Positions 24,697 through 36,800 of a stretch of 64,000 nt of DNA are shown piece after piece. The notes under the pieces were generated by a model, which saw nothing but the letters and a program-made list of their open reading frames with translations, had not been told where the DNA came from and ran no database searches. Origin of the DNA: Asterias rubens (lineage: Eukaryota); NCBI RefSeq assembly GCF_902459465.1, contig NC_047064.1:15562001-15626000 (forward strand). The letters run 5' to 3'. The position numbers and the translations under genes were made by a program. The first letter of the stretch is position 1; each line of letters opens with the position of its first letter.

Positions 24697-26321
24697 TGTA
24701 CCCGAGAATGAATCAGTTAAAACGACAGACTTATTCTCTTGCTGTGTTGCTTTAGTGTTGTTGCGGAAAACCCGCATAAAAATGAATGAAAATTTTGTTG
24801 ACTTTTGTTGTTGATCAAGGATCTCTTTCAAAATGTCAACAGAGGGCAGTATTGCAATATAAATAGTCACGCTGCTCGAGCGCGCTCTGCCGACCACCAT
24901 GCACATAGACTTGATTCAAGTCCCATTCTCGTGTTAGAGGTACCTTCACGCCAACTTTCTATTATATTAATCAAACAACCCGTCATAAAAAGTAGAAGTG
25001 CGCACTCGCCGTCAAAATGTGGTCCAGGTTGGGGAATGCAGAGCACTAGGGATTGGGACTTCGGTCAAGTCTACCATGCACCACGCTTTGAAAACAAATC
25101 ATTGACGAATGTATCCTCCCCTTACCAGTTTTCACGCTATTATGCCTTTTTCTTTGAATTGGGAAAACAATAATGATGCCTTATATCAACCGATGCCCTA
25201 ATTACCTTCTTTTGTTAATATGAAGTATGCAAACATATATTAAAACTTGATGGACATTGAAATGTTCACACTACACACCGATCTTCGATGACTTCAACTG
25301 GCCCCATTTGTTTTGAGTTTTTCCTGTTTTCACGGCAAACAAGAAAGCATGGTTTCCCGGTGAAGCCATACATGGAAGAAACATCTACAGTGACTACAAG
25401 TGTTCTTTGAGACTCTGTGTATGACTCTATAGCCAGCAGTTGTCTTCGTTTTAATCAAAATATTTTTTAATGAAATTTTAAAATTACCATGGTAATTTGT
25501 AAAAAATAACAAAAATAAATAATTTAATAAAAAGTGTGAATAATCATTGGCTTTCAAATCTGATTTTTAGTTATTTTTTTCCCCTTTTTTTCTCTTAAAA
25601 TTTATAATAAAGCGTATAAATAAACAGTGATAATTGAATCAACAAGCTGATCGTTTAAATATTAATAATAATATTGATATGAGGGTTAAAAAGAAATCTC
25701 CAAAATTAATATTAAAAAATGATATAAGGCACATGGCTTCTTTAAGCCTCTGTATTTTTTTTCCAGAATGCTCAGAAAAATATTCAGTCACATGATTTGA
25801 TCATCATGAATTGTGAATTGAAATAGTGTTTGATAAAACTTTTTCGGTGGGCAAATATTTTTATATGGCCTCAAACATTATGACATATTTTTGTACCTTG
25901 TAGAAATGCCTAAAATACCAAACTTTTTGCATTTACAAGTGCAAATATCCAGTGGAGCCTTACGTGTTTCTAAGTTTTGGTCAAGGGAGAGGAGACTCTT
26001 TGCTTGGCAAATAAAACCACACAATTTTTATCTAGGGACTGTTTACATCGCGCACAGAGATGTAAAAGATTTGCCACGATTTTAGGGACACCTCGAAAAC
26101 AGGACCTCCTACGATATGCCTAGCAAAAAAAATGTTTTTGTTCCGGGATATTACATAAGAAATGTTGTTAAATTCAATTCAATTCAAGAATACATTTATT
26201 TCCATACTCTCATAAAAGAATAACAACAGTTACATGTATTACGGAGTAAATCAAAACATTTCAGTAAATAAATAGTCTGTAAAAATGTGTGAAATTATGT
26301 GACACACATACAAATAATGAA

Positions 26322-26540
26322 AAACAATTTGATTTTGAGACCTCGGATTTAGAACTTGAGGTCTCGAAATCAACCATCTAAACGCACACAACTTTGTGTG
26401 ACAAGGGTTGTTATCACGCAAGTTCGATGGCCGATTGAGCTAAAATCTTCACAGGTTTGTTATTTTATGCATATGTTGAGATACACCAACTGTGAAGGCT
26501 ATAGTCTTTGACAATTACCAATAGTGTCCACTGCCTTTAA
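26322..26540. mobile_element. K1 MITE half copy
   Basis: Ends caattaccaatagtgtccactgcct|ttaa. Confidence 0.8.
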
Positions 26541-26782
26541 GCAACACACACTAAAACGATGAAGTTTTCAACTTCAATTAAAATTTAAACACGACAGTAA
26601 ACTTGCAAAGTAGAGGAAAATAAAATAGGGTGGGGGATGATGGATCTACACTAAGGTTAATAATAGAGCAATGGTTTAATCTGCACAAAATAACCTGTTC
26701 TTTCCAAAGAAATCCAGTTTTTAACTATAATTAATTGTGGAACTTGCCACTATTAGTCAGTGTATACATGGAGGAAATTGTT

Positions 26783-28002
26783 TTATAGTTTGGGACTCGG
26801 AAGGGGTTCCTGTGTGATTTTCATGTTTTCTTTGTAATACTCAAAATGGCATTGACAAATGACCTCTGACCCCTTGGTGAATTCCACCCAGATAAGATGG
26901 GGGTTGTTACCATCCTCCCAGCAAGAGGTCCTAATCTCCTCCCCTACCACTGCCTCTGAGAGGTACCTTATCCACACCTGTTTTGTATTGGAGTAGGCCA
27001 TGTCATCACGGAAGGCGGACAATGTGCCATTAACTGCTGCCATACTGACACAGTCAAAACCATAGCGCAAATAGTCTGACGCATTTAAGTGCTTGTTGGG
27101 GTCTGTGTCGCTTGGCATCACAGTTCTCGCGTTTGAGAAACATTTTGGCAACTTTTCTACAAACTTTGGGTCGCGAAGAGGGTGCTCTCCATCTGAGGGT
27201 TGTATCACTTGAATGGAGTTGGCTATTTCAGAAGGAACGGGTATTGGGCGACGAGTCTCCGCAGACACTACAACACAGTGATATCTTCCCTGGGCGAGTA
27301 CTTCGTCAGTCAGCACATCAACTAACTCTTCAACAGCAGAAAATGAGGTCCTTCCAATGTGGCTATGACTTGTTACCAGATTCACAGCCCGATTCTGCGT
27401 TATCTTTGTGTAAAATTTGGGATAAATTGTGAACTGTTGAGCTCGGACAAATAATAAAATTTTTCCAAACACATGTCTCGGTAGGATGTGTAGATTTACA
27501 GAAGCCCGCAGCCCTTCAAAAACCTTTGAAAGTTTCCATATGCTCATTCGACCTGGAACAAAAACAAACAAAAAGACTTTTCTGAGTTTACGCTGGCAAA
27601 ATCAAATAAAGGTAATTAAAAAAAACTGCTGTTTTAATTTAACTTTTTGTGACACTTGCACTGATTGTTTAGTTTGGTCTGGCCAGAGTAGACCAAGTGA
27701 AAAAATGAATGCAGTGAGCGGAGTCGCCACTAACACACTAGTGGGCCCAGTCAGGGTATGCCACGCCTTTGTGTTTGGGGCTGTATGGCATGATGTGAAC
27801 ATCTTTTATGTGTCTGCCTAGTGCATGGCATGGCATTTTACACCAACAGTGTCTGTGTATGCATGCGAGATTGTTCTTGTCCAGAGTATTATTGGCTGTA
27901 AATATAAAGGGTTAATGTTGTACCTGATTTGTCAAAGGCATCATAAGAAAACTCTTTCAGAATGTAGTAGAAGCGCCCATCCTTGCCTCTCACAGCCATC
28001 AT
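26783..28002 (-). CDS. Stand-alone acyl-ACP/acyl-CoA thioesterase-like protein (HotDog fold), about 282 aa
   Basis: Exons 28002-27924 and 27552-26783 (phase 1; 849 nt, in frame): MMAVRGKDGRFYYILKEFSYDAFDKS|GRMSIWKLSKVFE...VMPSDTDPNKHLNASDYLRY.... The SDxDxNxHxN motif resembles the catalytic motif of acyl-ACP thioesterases. The acceptor at 28018-28019 implies an upstream exon, so the start may be longer. Confidence 0.7.
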
Positions 28003-29109
28003 GGAAGCACGAAAATCCTCAGGAAAAAAATAAAACATATTAAACAAATAATCAGAAAAAATACACTTTTTTTCCAGTTACACGTTTATTCATCAGAGTC
28101 ACTCATGACTAGCTTACAAGGGGTGTGGAAATAGCGCCCTCTAGTGTTGATATATTACAACCACTATGGATGCGCTAATAGTCACATGCTGGTAGAAGAT
28201 GATTGTTGGAGATAGGCAAAAAATTTCTGCCCCATGCCAGAACCGGAGTATGTACACGGGGCCAATCTAGGTATCCTAATGTCATCGGTTTTCAGTACGA
28301 TAAACAGGAAAAAAATTCACAAACAAAAAGTAAATGTTAAAAAAAAAAAATCATCTATCCAACCTTTTTACGATGACACTTGAACTTTATCAGGTGTTGA
28401 AACCTTTTGGTTTTACGTTGCGAGAGATACTCCGCCATTATGCATGACATTGGAGCGACGTCAATCTAGCAGATGATTTTTTTGTTCTGAATTTTCGAGG
28501 TTGGATGTTGTTTCTTTGACTCATTTGATTGTTGGCACAATCAATGCACTAGTGGTTTACCCAAAATTCATCATTTTATGTTTGAGCATAAAAACCTATG
28601 ACAAGAAACTTTATTCTCAGCATGATTAGGAGGCCTGACGAAAATACAGACCATCACCGTGAGTAAACTGCAGAGCTTCCGTCACCGGTGGAGCTTGCAT
28701 TGTCTCGCGGTAAACGGGAATCTTGATCTTGATCTTGAACTTTAGACCACAATACTATAGGCCCTATTCTATATATGGTGGGTACGTGGGTGTACGGCGT
28801 GTGACTAAAATGTAATATTTTGCATTCGAGATGAAAAAGACCTGCATTGTAATTGTATCATTGTAAATAGTTGTATTGTATATCGATATAACTGCAAATT
28901 GCGTTCTCTGCGTTCCGATCCCCCTGTCACCACTCCATCCTATTAACTGCATATATCCGTCTGTCTTGAGTGTACAATTAATGTATGTCTTAAAAAAATT
29001 AAAACTTTACTCACAAACTCAGCAACACACGAACCTGGTGGTTGTTTACTTTTTGCAGCTGTTCCTCTCACAGTCAGTCACAGTCACACTTCTTCTCTTG
29101 CCAGTGCAC

Positions 29110-32100
29110 TATATATATGGAACGCCAAAGAGGCATTTAATCATCGGTGGTGGTCCTATGCGATCGGTGATCAACTTTAGCGAGCGGTGATAAAACACGA
29201 TCGGTGGTCCATTTTAGCGATCGGTCATGCATATTCAAGATCGGTGATGGTATATAGCGATCGGTCATGCATATTCACGACCGTTGATGGCTTTTTGCAA
29301 TCGGTGGTCAACTTTAGTGATCGGTGGTGGGTTTGTGCAATCGGTCAACTTTAGCGATCCGTGGTGGCTTTTTGCAATCGGTCAACGTTAGGGATCGGTG
29401 GTGGCTTTTTGCAGTTGGTCAACTTTAGGGATCGGTGATGGCTTTTTGCAATCGGTCAACTTCAGGGATCGGTGATGGCTTTTTGCATGCGGTCAACTTT
29501 AGTGATCGGTGGTGGCTTTTTGCAATCATTCAACTGTAGTGATCGGTGGTGGCTTTTTTCAATCGGTCAACTTTAGGGATCGGTGATGGCTTTTTGCAAT
29601 CGGTCAACTTAAGGGATCGGAGGTGGCTTTTTGCAATCAGTCAACTTTAGGGATCGGTGGTGGCTTTTTGCAATCGGTCAACTTTTGCAACCGGTGATGG
29701 GATTTTGGGATATCCGAATTTTGCGTCCGGTCGGTGCAGGCCTACTTCAAAACCTATGATTGTGTAGATTGTGGATATTAGTTGTTGTTATTTTCTAGTT
29801 CACACCACCATGGAGGAATAAATTACACTCGCCAGCGGGTTGACTGACATGCCAAACATTTTTAGAAGAGTACCATTTTATAACTATGTAAGGGGGAACG
29901 CAACAAACATCAAATTAATCAGCTCTTTCTAAAAAGATAATAATAATAATAATAACAAATGGGTAGGAGAGGGTGTGGAAGGGTTATCTATGTCCCACAA
30001 TTGGTTGTCGTCTTCCGGAAATGGTAGGGACTTTTCGTTTTCGACGACGGATGGTTCTGCGACGGTTGTTCAGCTAAACGTTGTCGTTTTCAGCACAACG
30101 AAGATTCATCCCAAGTACTGTCGTAGAAATTGAGGGACGACCGTCCTCAAAGCCGACGCATGCGCAGATGACGCCAAATGTCATCTTTACCGTCGCAGAA
30201 CCATCCGTCATCGAAAACGAAAAGTCCCTGGTGTATGCCGGGGAAATACAAATATTTATATTCAGTGAAGGAAAATGTTTTTGAACAAGAGTCTCTACCG
30301 ATAGTTTTGTGTGTAAGGGCAAATAATGGTATAAAACAACTTTGTTTGTGCCAATACTGATTTGGTAACGGCCACCATTGGGCCGGCATTGAACCGACAT
30401 TGGTCATAATATGCAATTTTCAAGGCAGGGTGTCAAAGCTGTGGCACATCAGGATGTCTTAAGATTGTCGAAACAATTAAAAAATGACAAAGTAATGTAA
30501 TTTGTTGAGATTTTTTTTGCTATAAAATCTCCCCCAAAATTGTAGATATTAATAAATCTTGATTGCAATAATGTAATAATTTGAAATAACTGATTGCCCA
30601 ATGTATGTATGTTATCTGGGTATAAAATGGTACTCTTCTAAAAATGTTTGGCAAGTCAGTCAACCCGCTGGTGAGTGTAATTTATTCCTCCACGGTGGTG
30701 TGAACTAGAAAATAACAACAATTAATATCCACAATCTACACAATCATAGGTTTTGAAGTAGGCCTGCACCGACCGGACGCAAAATTCGGATATCCCAAAA
30801 TTCCATCACCGGTTGCAAAAGTTGACCGATTGCAAAAAGCCACCACCGATCCCTAAAGTTGACTGATTGCAAAAAGCCACCACCGATCCCTGAAGTTGAC
30901 CGATTGATTAATTAATAATTTAAAACAAAATTACGTTTAGAGTAAAGCTTATTTTAAAGCTTCAATTTTATATAAGATTTAACTCTTTTATACACCCCCC
31001 CCCCCCCCCCCCCCCCCTAAATTAAGAACTTTATATAGTACGTTTTTCGCTTTGGATTCAATTAATACGTGCCTCTCCGTTTATTACAAGAAAATATTTG
31101 TATAATACTTTACCTAGCCTTTTATAAAACGTGTTGAGTGCGTCCCGGTCTGTGTTTGTCCATCACATTCATGATGCACATAATATGTGTTTTCCATCAA
31201 AACGGTTTTTGTGTGGTCATTATGTTCTCACCTCCGGGTCTGTTTACACAGGGCTACTTGTATGATTTCAGATTTCCCCTTACACACAAAACTATCGGTA
31301 GAGACTCTTGTTCAAAAACATTTCCCTTCACTGAATATAAATATTTGTATTTCCCCGGCATACACCATTTCCAGAAGACGACAACCAATTGTGGGACATA
31401 GATAACCCTTCCACACCCTCTCCTACCCATTTGTTATTATTATTATTATCTTTTTAGAAAGAGCTGATTAATTTGATGTTTGTTGCGTTCCCCCTTACAT
31501 AGTTATAAAATGGTACTCTTCTAAAAATGTTTGGCAAGTCAGTCAACCCGCTGGTGAGTGTAATTTATTCCTCCATGGTGGTGTGAACTAGAAAATAACA
31601 ACAACTAATATCCACAATCTACACAATCATAGGTTTTGAAGTAGGCCTGCACCGACCGGACGCAAAATTCGGATATCCCAAAATCCCATCACCGGTTGCA
31701 AAATGTGACCGATTGCAAAAAGCCACCACCATTCCCTAAAGTTGACTGATTGCAAAAAGCCACCTCCGATCCCTTAAGTTGACCGATTGCAAAAACCATC
31801 ACCGATCCTTAAAGTTGACCGATTGCAAAAAGCCACCACCGATCATTAAAGTTGACCGATCGCAAAAAGCCACCACCGATCACTAAAGTTGACCGCATGC
31901 AAAAAGCCATCACCGATCCCTGAAGTTGACCGATTGCAAAAAGCCACCACCGATCACTAAAGTTGACCGATTGCAAAAAGCCACCACCGATCACTAAAGT
32001 TGACCACCGATTGCAAAAAGCCATCAACGGTCGTGAATATGCATGCCCGATCGCTATATACCATCACCGATCATGAATATGCATGACCGATCGCTAAAAT

Positions 32101-32240
32101 GGACCACCGATCGTGTTTTATCACCGCTCGCTAAAGTTGATCACCGATCGCATAGGACCACCACCGATGACAAATTTGATCACCGGTTGCAAAAGACCAT
32201 CACCGATGATTAAATGCCTCTTTGGTGTTCCATATATATA
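29110..32240. mobile_element. 3.1 kb foldback-type element with ~1 kb inverted arms containing 37-bp tandem repeats
   Basis: Arms about 29110-30324 and 31272-32240 are reverse complements starting TATATATATGGAAC(G/A)CCAAAGAGGCATT. Unit CAACTTTAGGGATCGGTGGTGGCTTTTTGCAATCGGT. A partial third arm copy lies at about 30620-30906. No coding region. Confidence 0.85.
30026..30229. mobile_element. 204-bp MITE nested in the left foldback arm, 3-bp GGT duplication
   Basis: 41-bp TIR AGGGACTTTTCGTTTTCGA(C/T)GACGGATGGTTCTGCGACGGT; the right arm retains the empty site gaaatGGTgtatgcc. Confidence 0.9.
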
Positions 32241-33075
32241 CTGCCCTCTTTCGATTGTTTTAGGAAGGCTGGTTGAATGGAACTGTCGCTGAACTATGGT
32301 GCTTGATTTTGGATAGTGTACTACGCGCGGTTGAATGGCCAAAGCGCGCCCGCCAGGGTATGATTTAGTTAACTGGGAGCTTGAAATCTAGACTACACAG
32401 GCAAGCTACCATACTTGCCAGTGTAGTCTAGATTTCAAGCATTGGGGGAAAGAGGGTGATTATAAAAATGTTTATCACATTACTCAAATAAATCGTCTTC
32501 TTGTGTACCATGTTTAAAGGTTATACTATACACTCACAAAATAACAGGAATTCATTCCTATTAAAGTTGTTTAGCCTTGCAAACTGATCTGGAGCCTTTT
32601 TGATGATTTGAGAAGAAAAATGTAGAAGAAAAATGTATTGCAGCTTTAAATTCTGTTTCGATAGCATTTTTTTTAAAGCATTTGGATTTAGTAGCTGTTA
32701 CTACCAGATGATTATCTCAGGCCCTGTTGAAGTAGAATAAAAGCAAAAGCGTGTTTGTAAACAAAACTTAAAGCGCAATTACATTGCCAAAAGTGGCACC
32801 AAGGAAAACTGCGCACTCCTTGTGGCCCGCCCCAAAAATGTATCAGAATATTATTATGTTATCGGCTTTCGAAAAATTGGCAACAAGTTAATGGTGATCA
32901 TTGACATACAGTGTTTTATATAGCGTTGGTAAAACTACTAATTGTAGTTATTGTTATCCATGATCAGCCCCATCATGACCGATAATAATTGTTACCCCCC
33001 CCCCCCCCAAATAAAAAAAAAATCCTTTCTTAGCAAAGATTCACTGGTGATCGTGTTGTATTGAGTGGTTTTACT

Positions 33076-33557
33076 GGTGTCAGATGCAATTGTGTCCGCC
33101 ATGCAATACTGTTCGCTTCGGACACTTTTGCATATGCAATCGTGTCCGGGGCTATGCAATCCGGCGGCCACGTACAGGCGTACAGACTGTACATGTATGT
33201 GCGCGCGTCGGTAAGCGAGTGTGCGTCACTGAACCTACGTATATGCAGCATGAATATTCACGTATTTTATGGTTGCAGCGAATACCCATTCGACCGAACA
33301 TTTCCCATGTCATTCATGACATGCACTGCTTGTAAAAAAAGAATGGCGAACGTGTTCCGTCGACAAGGGCGTTTAATTTACTGCAAGGACGGTTTTGCAC
33401 GGGGGCGGACACAACTCCGGGCTGACAAAATTGCGTTTATGCAGCAGCGTCCGGGCGGACACGATTGCAAATGCAAAACCGTCCGGCGGACATTATTGCA
33501 TATGTAATAATGTCCTCCGGATAGTATTGCATAGAGGACATAGATGCATGCGACACC
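33076..33557. mobile_element. MITE-like element with subterminal repeats upstream of the myosin light chain
   Basis: ggtgtcagatgcaattgtgtcc / ggacatagatgcatgcgacacc imperfect TIRs; repeated tgcaat..gtcc / ggac..attgca motifs. Confidence 0.6.
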
Positions 33558-33803
33558 GGAAAAAGGTGTATTATACAATGCTACATACTGAGGCAAAGTG
33601 TTCATTCATCGCAAACATACCTCGCATTTTATTTTGAGTGTACATACAGTCACTTTGTACTGTAGTTGACAGACTGTTTTCAAAGGGTGTGTAACGTCAC
33701 GCATGATCGAATCTATTGTTATCGAACACGTTTCATCACTATAAGGTATGCGTGTGTAGACAGCTCCCAACTACACTAGTGCAGTGTTCGCAAACAACAC
33801 AAA

Positions 33804-36800
33804 ATGGTGAGTTACACTTGCAGTTTTGTATATAAAACTATTTATGTGGATGTTATAAACAGCGTTCATGGTGAATTTATAAACTATTTCTATCCTTTTA
33901 TTTCAGTCATACTCGAAAACACAATTAAATGGTAAGTTTGTTTTTCACTTTCACTATTTCAACAAATATAATGCACATTGCTGTATAGTTATGCTGTGTA
34001 TATGTATAGTATTTATGGCTGTTCTCTAAACAAAATAGCAGGGACCAAAACCAAGTTTATGCTAAAACCTTTTCACTTTTACGGAAAAAATGGGTTCATT
34101 CTAACAGCCCGCCCGGTGCCCCTTCCGCATTAACAAGACAAACATGACTGAGCCGGTGTCCCGGGATGGGACACCGAATCTCCTGCCACAATATATCACG
34201 TGACCAATTTTGTATTTTTTAAGAAACGTTTTAAATTTTTGTCATGGTTCCTGACCATTTAAAGTAAAAGTTAAACTGTTTTTCGTTAGAGCGGGTGATA
34301 CTCTATGAAATACCATTCACTCAAAATTTTTTTTTTAATGTTTGGAGCAAAAAATCTGACATAGCATCTTTAAGATTATGTGACTTGACTTGTATACCTT
34401 TATTTAAAAGAGTGGTTTGCTTAAGATTCAAAAAATAAATCCTTAGCATTTGAAATTCAAATCTAAAAGATTGGATTTTAATCTAAAAATAAAATGGTCC
34501 CAAACAACAATCCATTCGGATTAACTTCTAAATCTCTCTCGGAGTGTACACTGCATGTCATATTATCCTGGGAGGCAAAATACTATACACTGGTCACTCA
34601 CTAGAACATTTTGATAAGTTGAGTATAATTTTCAGATTTGTGTTATAAGTTTTGGATGCACTGACCCCTACATGTTCATATTACAAATTTGATACAAATC
34701 TTAATTAAAACTGGTTTTAAATGTGATATTTATGACAGGAACAATATCTTTCTGCCGTAAAGCTATACAAATGGTGGCTTTAACAGTGAAGTCCATGCTC
34801 TGTGCCCTTCCCTTGCGTCACAACTAATTTAACATAATATTTTATATTGTCGTTTTAATGCACTTTTGTCTCTTTTTTCATACATTCATCATTATGGTGA
34901 CGCAATCTTTGCCATAGTCGTCATTTGATCTTTTAAAAAACTATGGCTTAAAGGCAGTGGACGTTATTGGTATTTACTCAAAATAATTATTAGCATAAAA
35001 CCTTACTTGGTAACGAGTAATGGGGAGAGGTTGATAATATAAAACATTGTGAGAAACTGCTCCCTCTGAACTGACGTGGTTTTCGAGAAAGAAGACAAGT
35101 TTACAATTTGAGTTCCCGAAATCAAGCATCTGAAAGCACACAACTTTGTGTGACAACAAAAAGGTGTTGTTTTTTTTGTTCATTATTATCTCGCAACTCT
35201 GACGACCAATCAACTTAAATTTTCACAGTTTTACTATTTTATGCAAAGTTGAGATACACCAAGTGAGAAGACTGGTCTTTGGCAATTACCAATAGTGTCC
35301 AGTGTCTTTAACCGTACTTTGTTATTTATCCATATTCAACTAGATTTTCAAACAAAGTTTGCATTATACGACAAGCGAGGAGATGGAAATATCGGTCCCG
35401 ATGAGTTAGGAGATGCACTGCGGGCCTGTGGGCTCAATCCATCGGCAGCGGAAGTGGACGCAATCTCCAAAGGATTCGCTGGTGAGATACATTTCGAGTC
35501 ATCAAAATGTCAAAATGAGAATCGAAGACAAAAATCCTCCCCTGGGCATAGTCTCGTAAAGATCAGGATTTAGCACCATACTTTACAAATTAATGTCAAG
35601 TGAATGGGAAATTTCATGACAAAATCAAATCATGAATTTAAAATAAATTTGCCTACATGTTTTTTTTTAACATCGAGTATCAGTTTCCAAGCCCCAGCTC
35701 ATGTTTCATTACTGGGGATTTGCAGTAAACAATTTATTTTTATACATTTCCTCTTGGGCATAATATGCATGAGCTCTTAAGAGGTTTATGAAAAATATGT
35801 TAAAGTGGCCTCCACACGGTCTACAAAATATGCTTGGGTCTTCTTACTAGATCATTTCACTCCAAAAGGAGGAAAGACTCTACACCAAGTCATCACTTTA
35901 TATCCAGAGATGTTTGTTGCCAAGCATTGCCCCATTTGTTCTTAGTTCATCTCGCCATCTTCTGTTTTGTCCCCCTCTTTATCTATTTTGGTTTCTTGTA
36001 CTGTAGTTGTTTTTCACTGTTGTATTTGCCAGGCGACCTGCCAAGCGCCACTTCTTTAATGTTCTTAATAATATCCTTCAAGATGTATTGTATTCTTGTC
36101 CTCATTTTCTCCCTGTCATTTTTGAACTCCTATTCCTTCCATGGCCCTCCTACTGTCAACCTTAGTGTTTTTCTCAAGACGACGGAGGGATAGACCATGT
36201 CTCTGCACCATGTGATATGACAAATCATATACCTGCCCTTTCGGGATAGGAAGGGTGTGGTCTCGAATGAAGTAGCTTGTGTAACAAGGAGCATGTTCAG
36301 ACAACCTGTGCAACTGTTAAAGAACGGGGGAAAGGGTTTACAAGACTGGGTTATCGTGACGATTTGCGTTTTTTGTAACGCAGCTTATAGGCTAGGCTAG
36401 GCGCATATGTAACAGGATAAAAAGATAAAAGAAAGTAATGTTGCCAATTATTACAGTTAAAAGACACATTTGCAGATTGACTACTCGAAGGAATACTTTA
36501 AATATTATTAGCCAATGTGCATCGGATTCTTTGAGCAATTGCTTGACCCAATGCACAACAATTTGACAAAAGGTAATTAAATGTGAATGTTATCTTAAGT
36601 GTTTGACAATGGCATCTTGTTTGACTACTTCGGCAGAGTAACAAACTTTCCAGTGGGCAAACTGTTGACTTCAAAATGTATTCTCTGCTGCAGGAAAACG
36701 CCTTTCGTTTGACGAGTTCTTGCCCCTGCACGCTTCTCTGCTCTCGACGGCACAGACCAAAGGAACAGCAACAGAGTTCACCGAAGGCTTACAGATGCTT

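Noticed and set aside
29280-29700. CRISPR-like array
   Set aside because: Contiguous tandem units without unique spacers, in a eukaryotic genome, mirrored in the other foldback arm.
33061-33507. 148-aa ORF
   Set aside because: It lies within a MITE-like element and has no recognisable motif.
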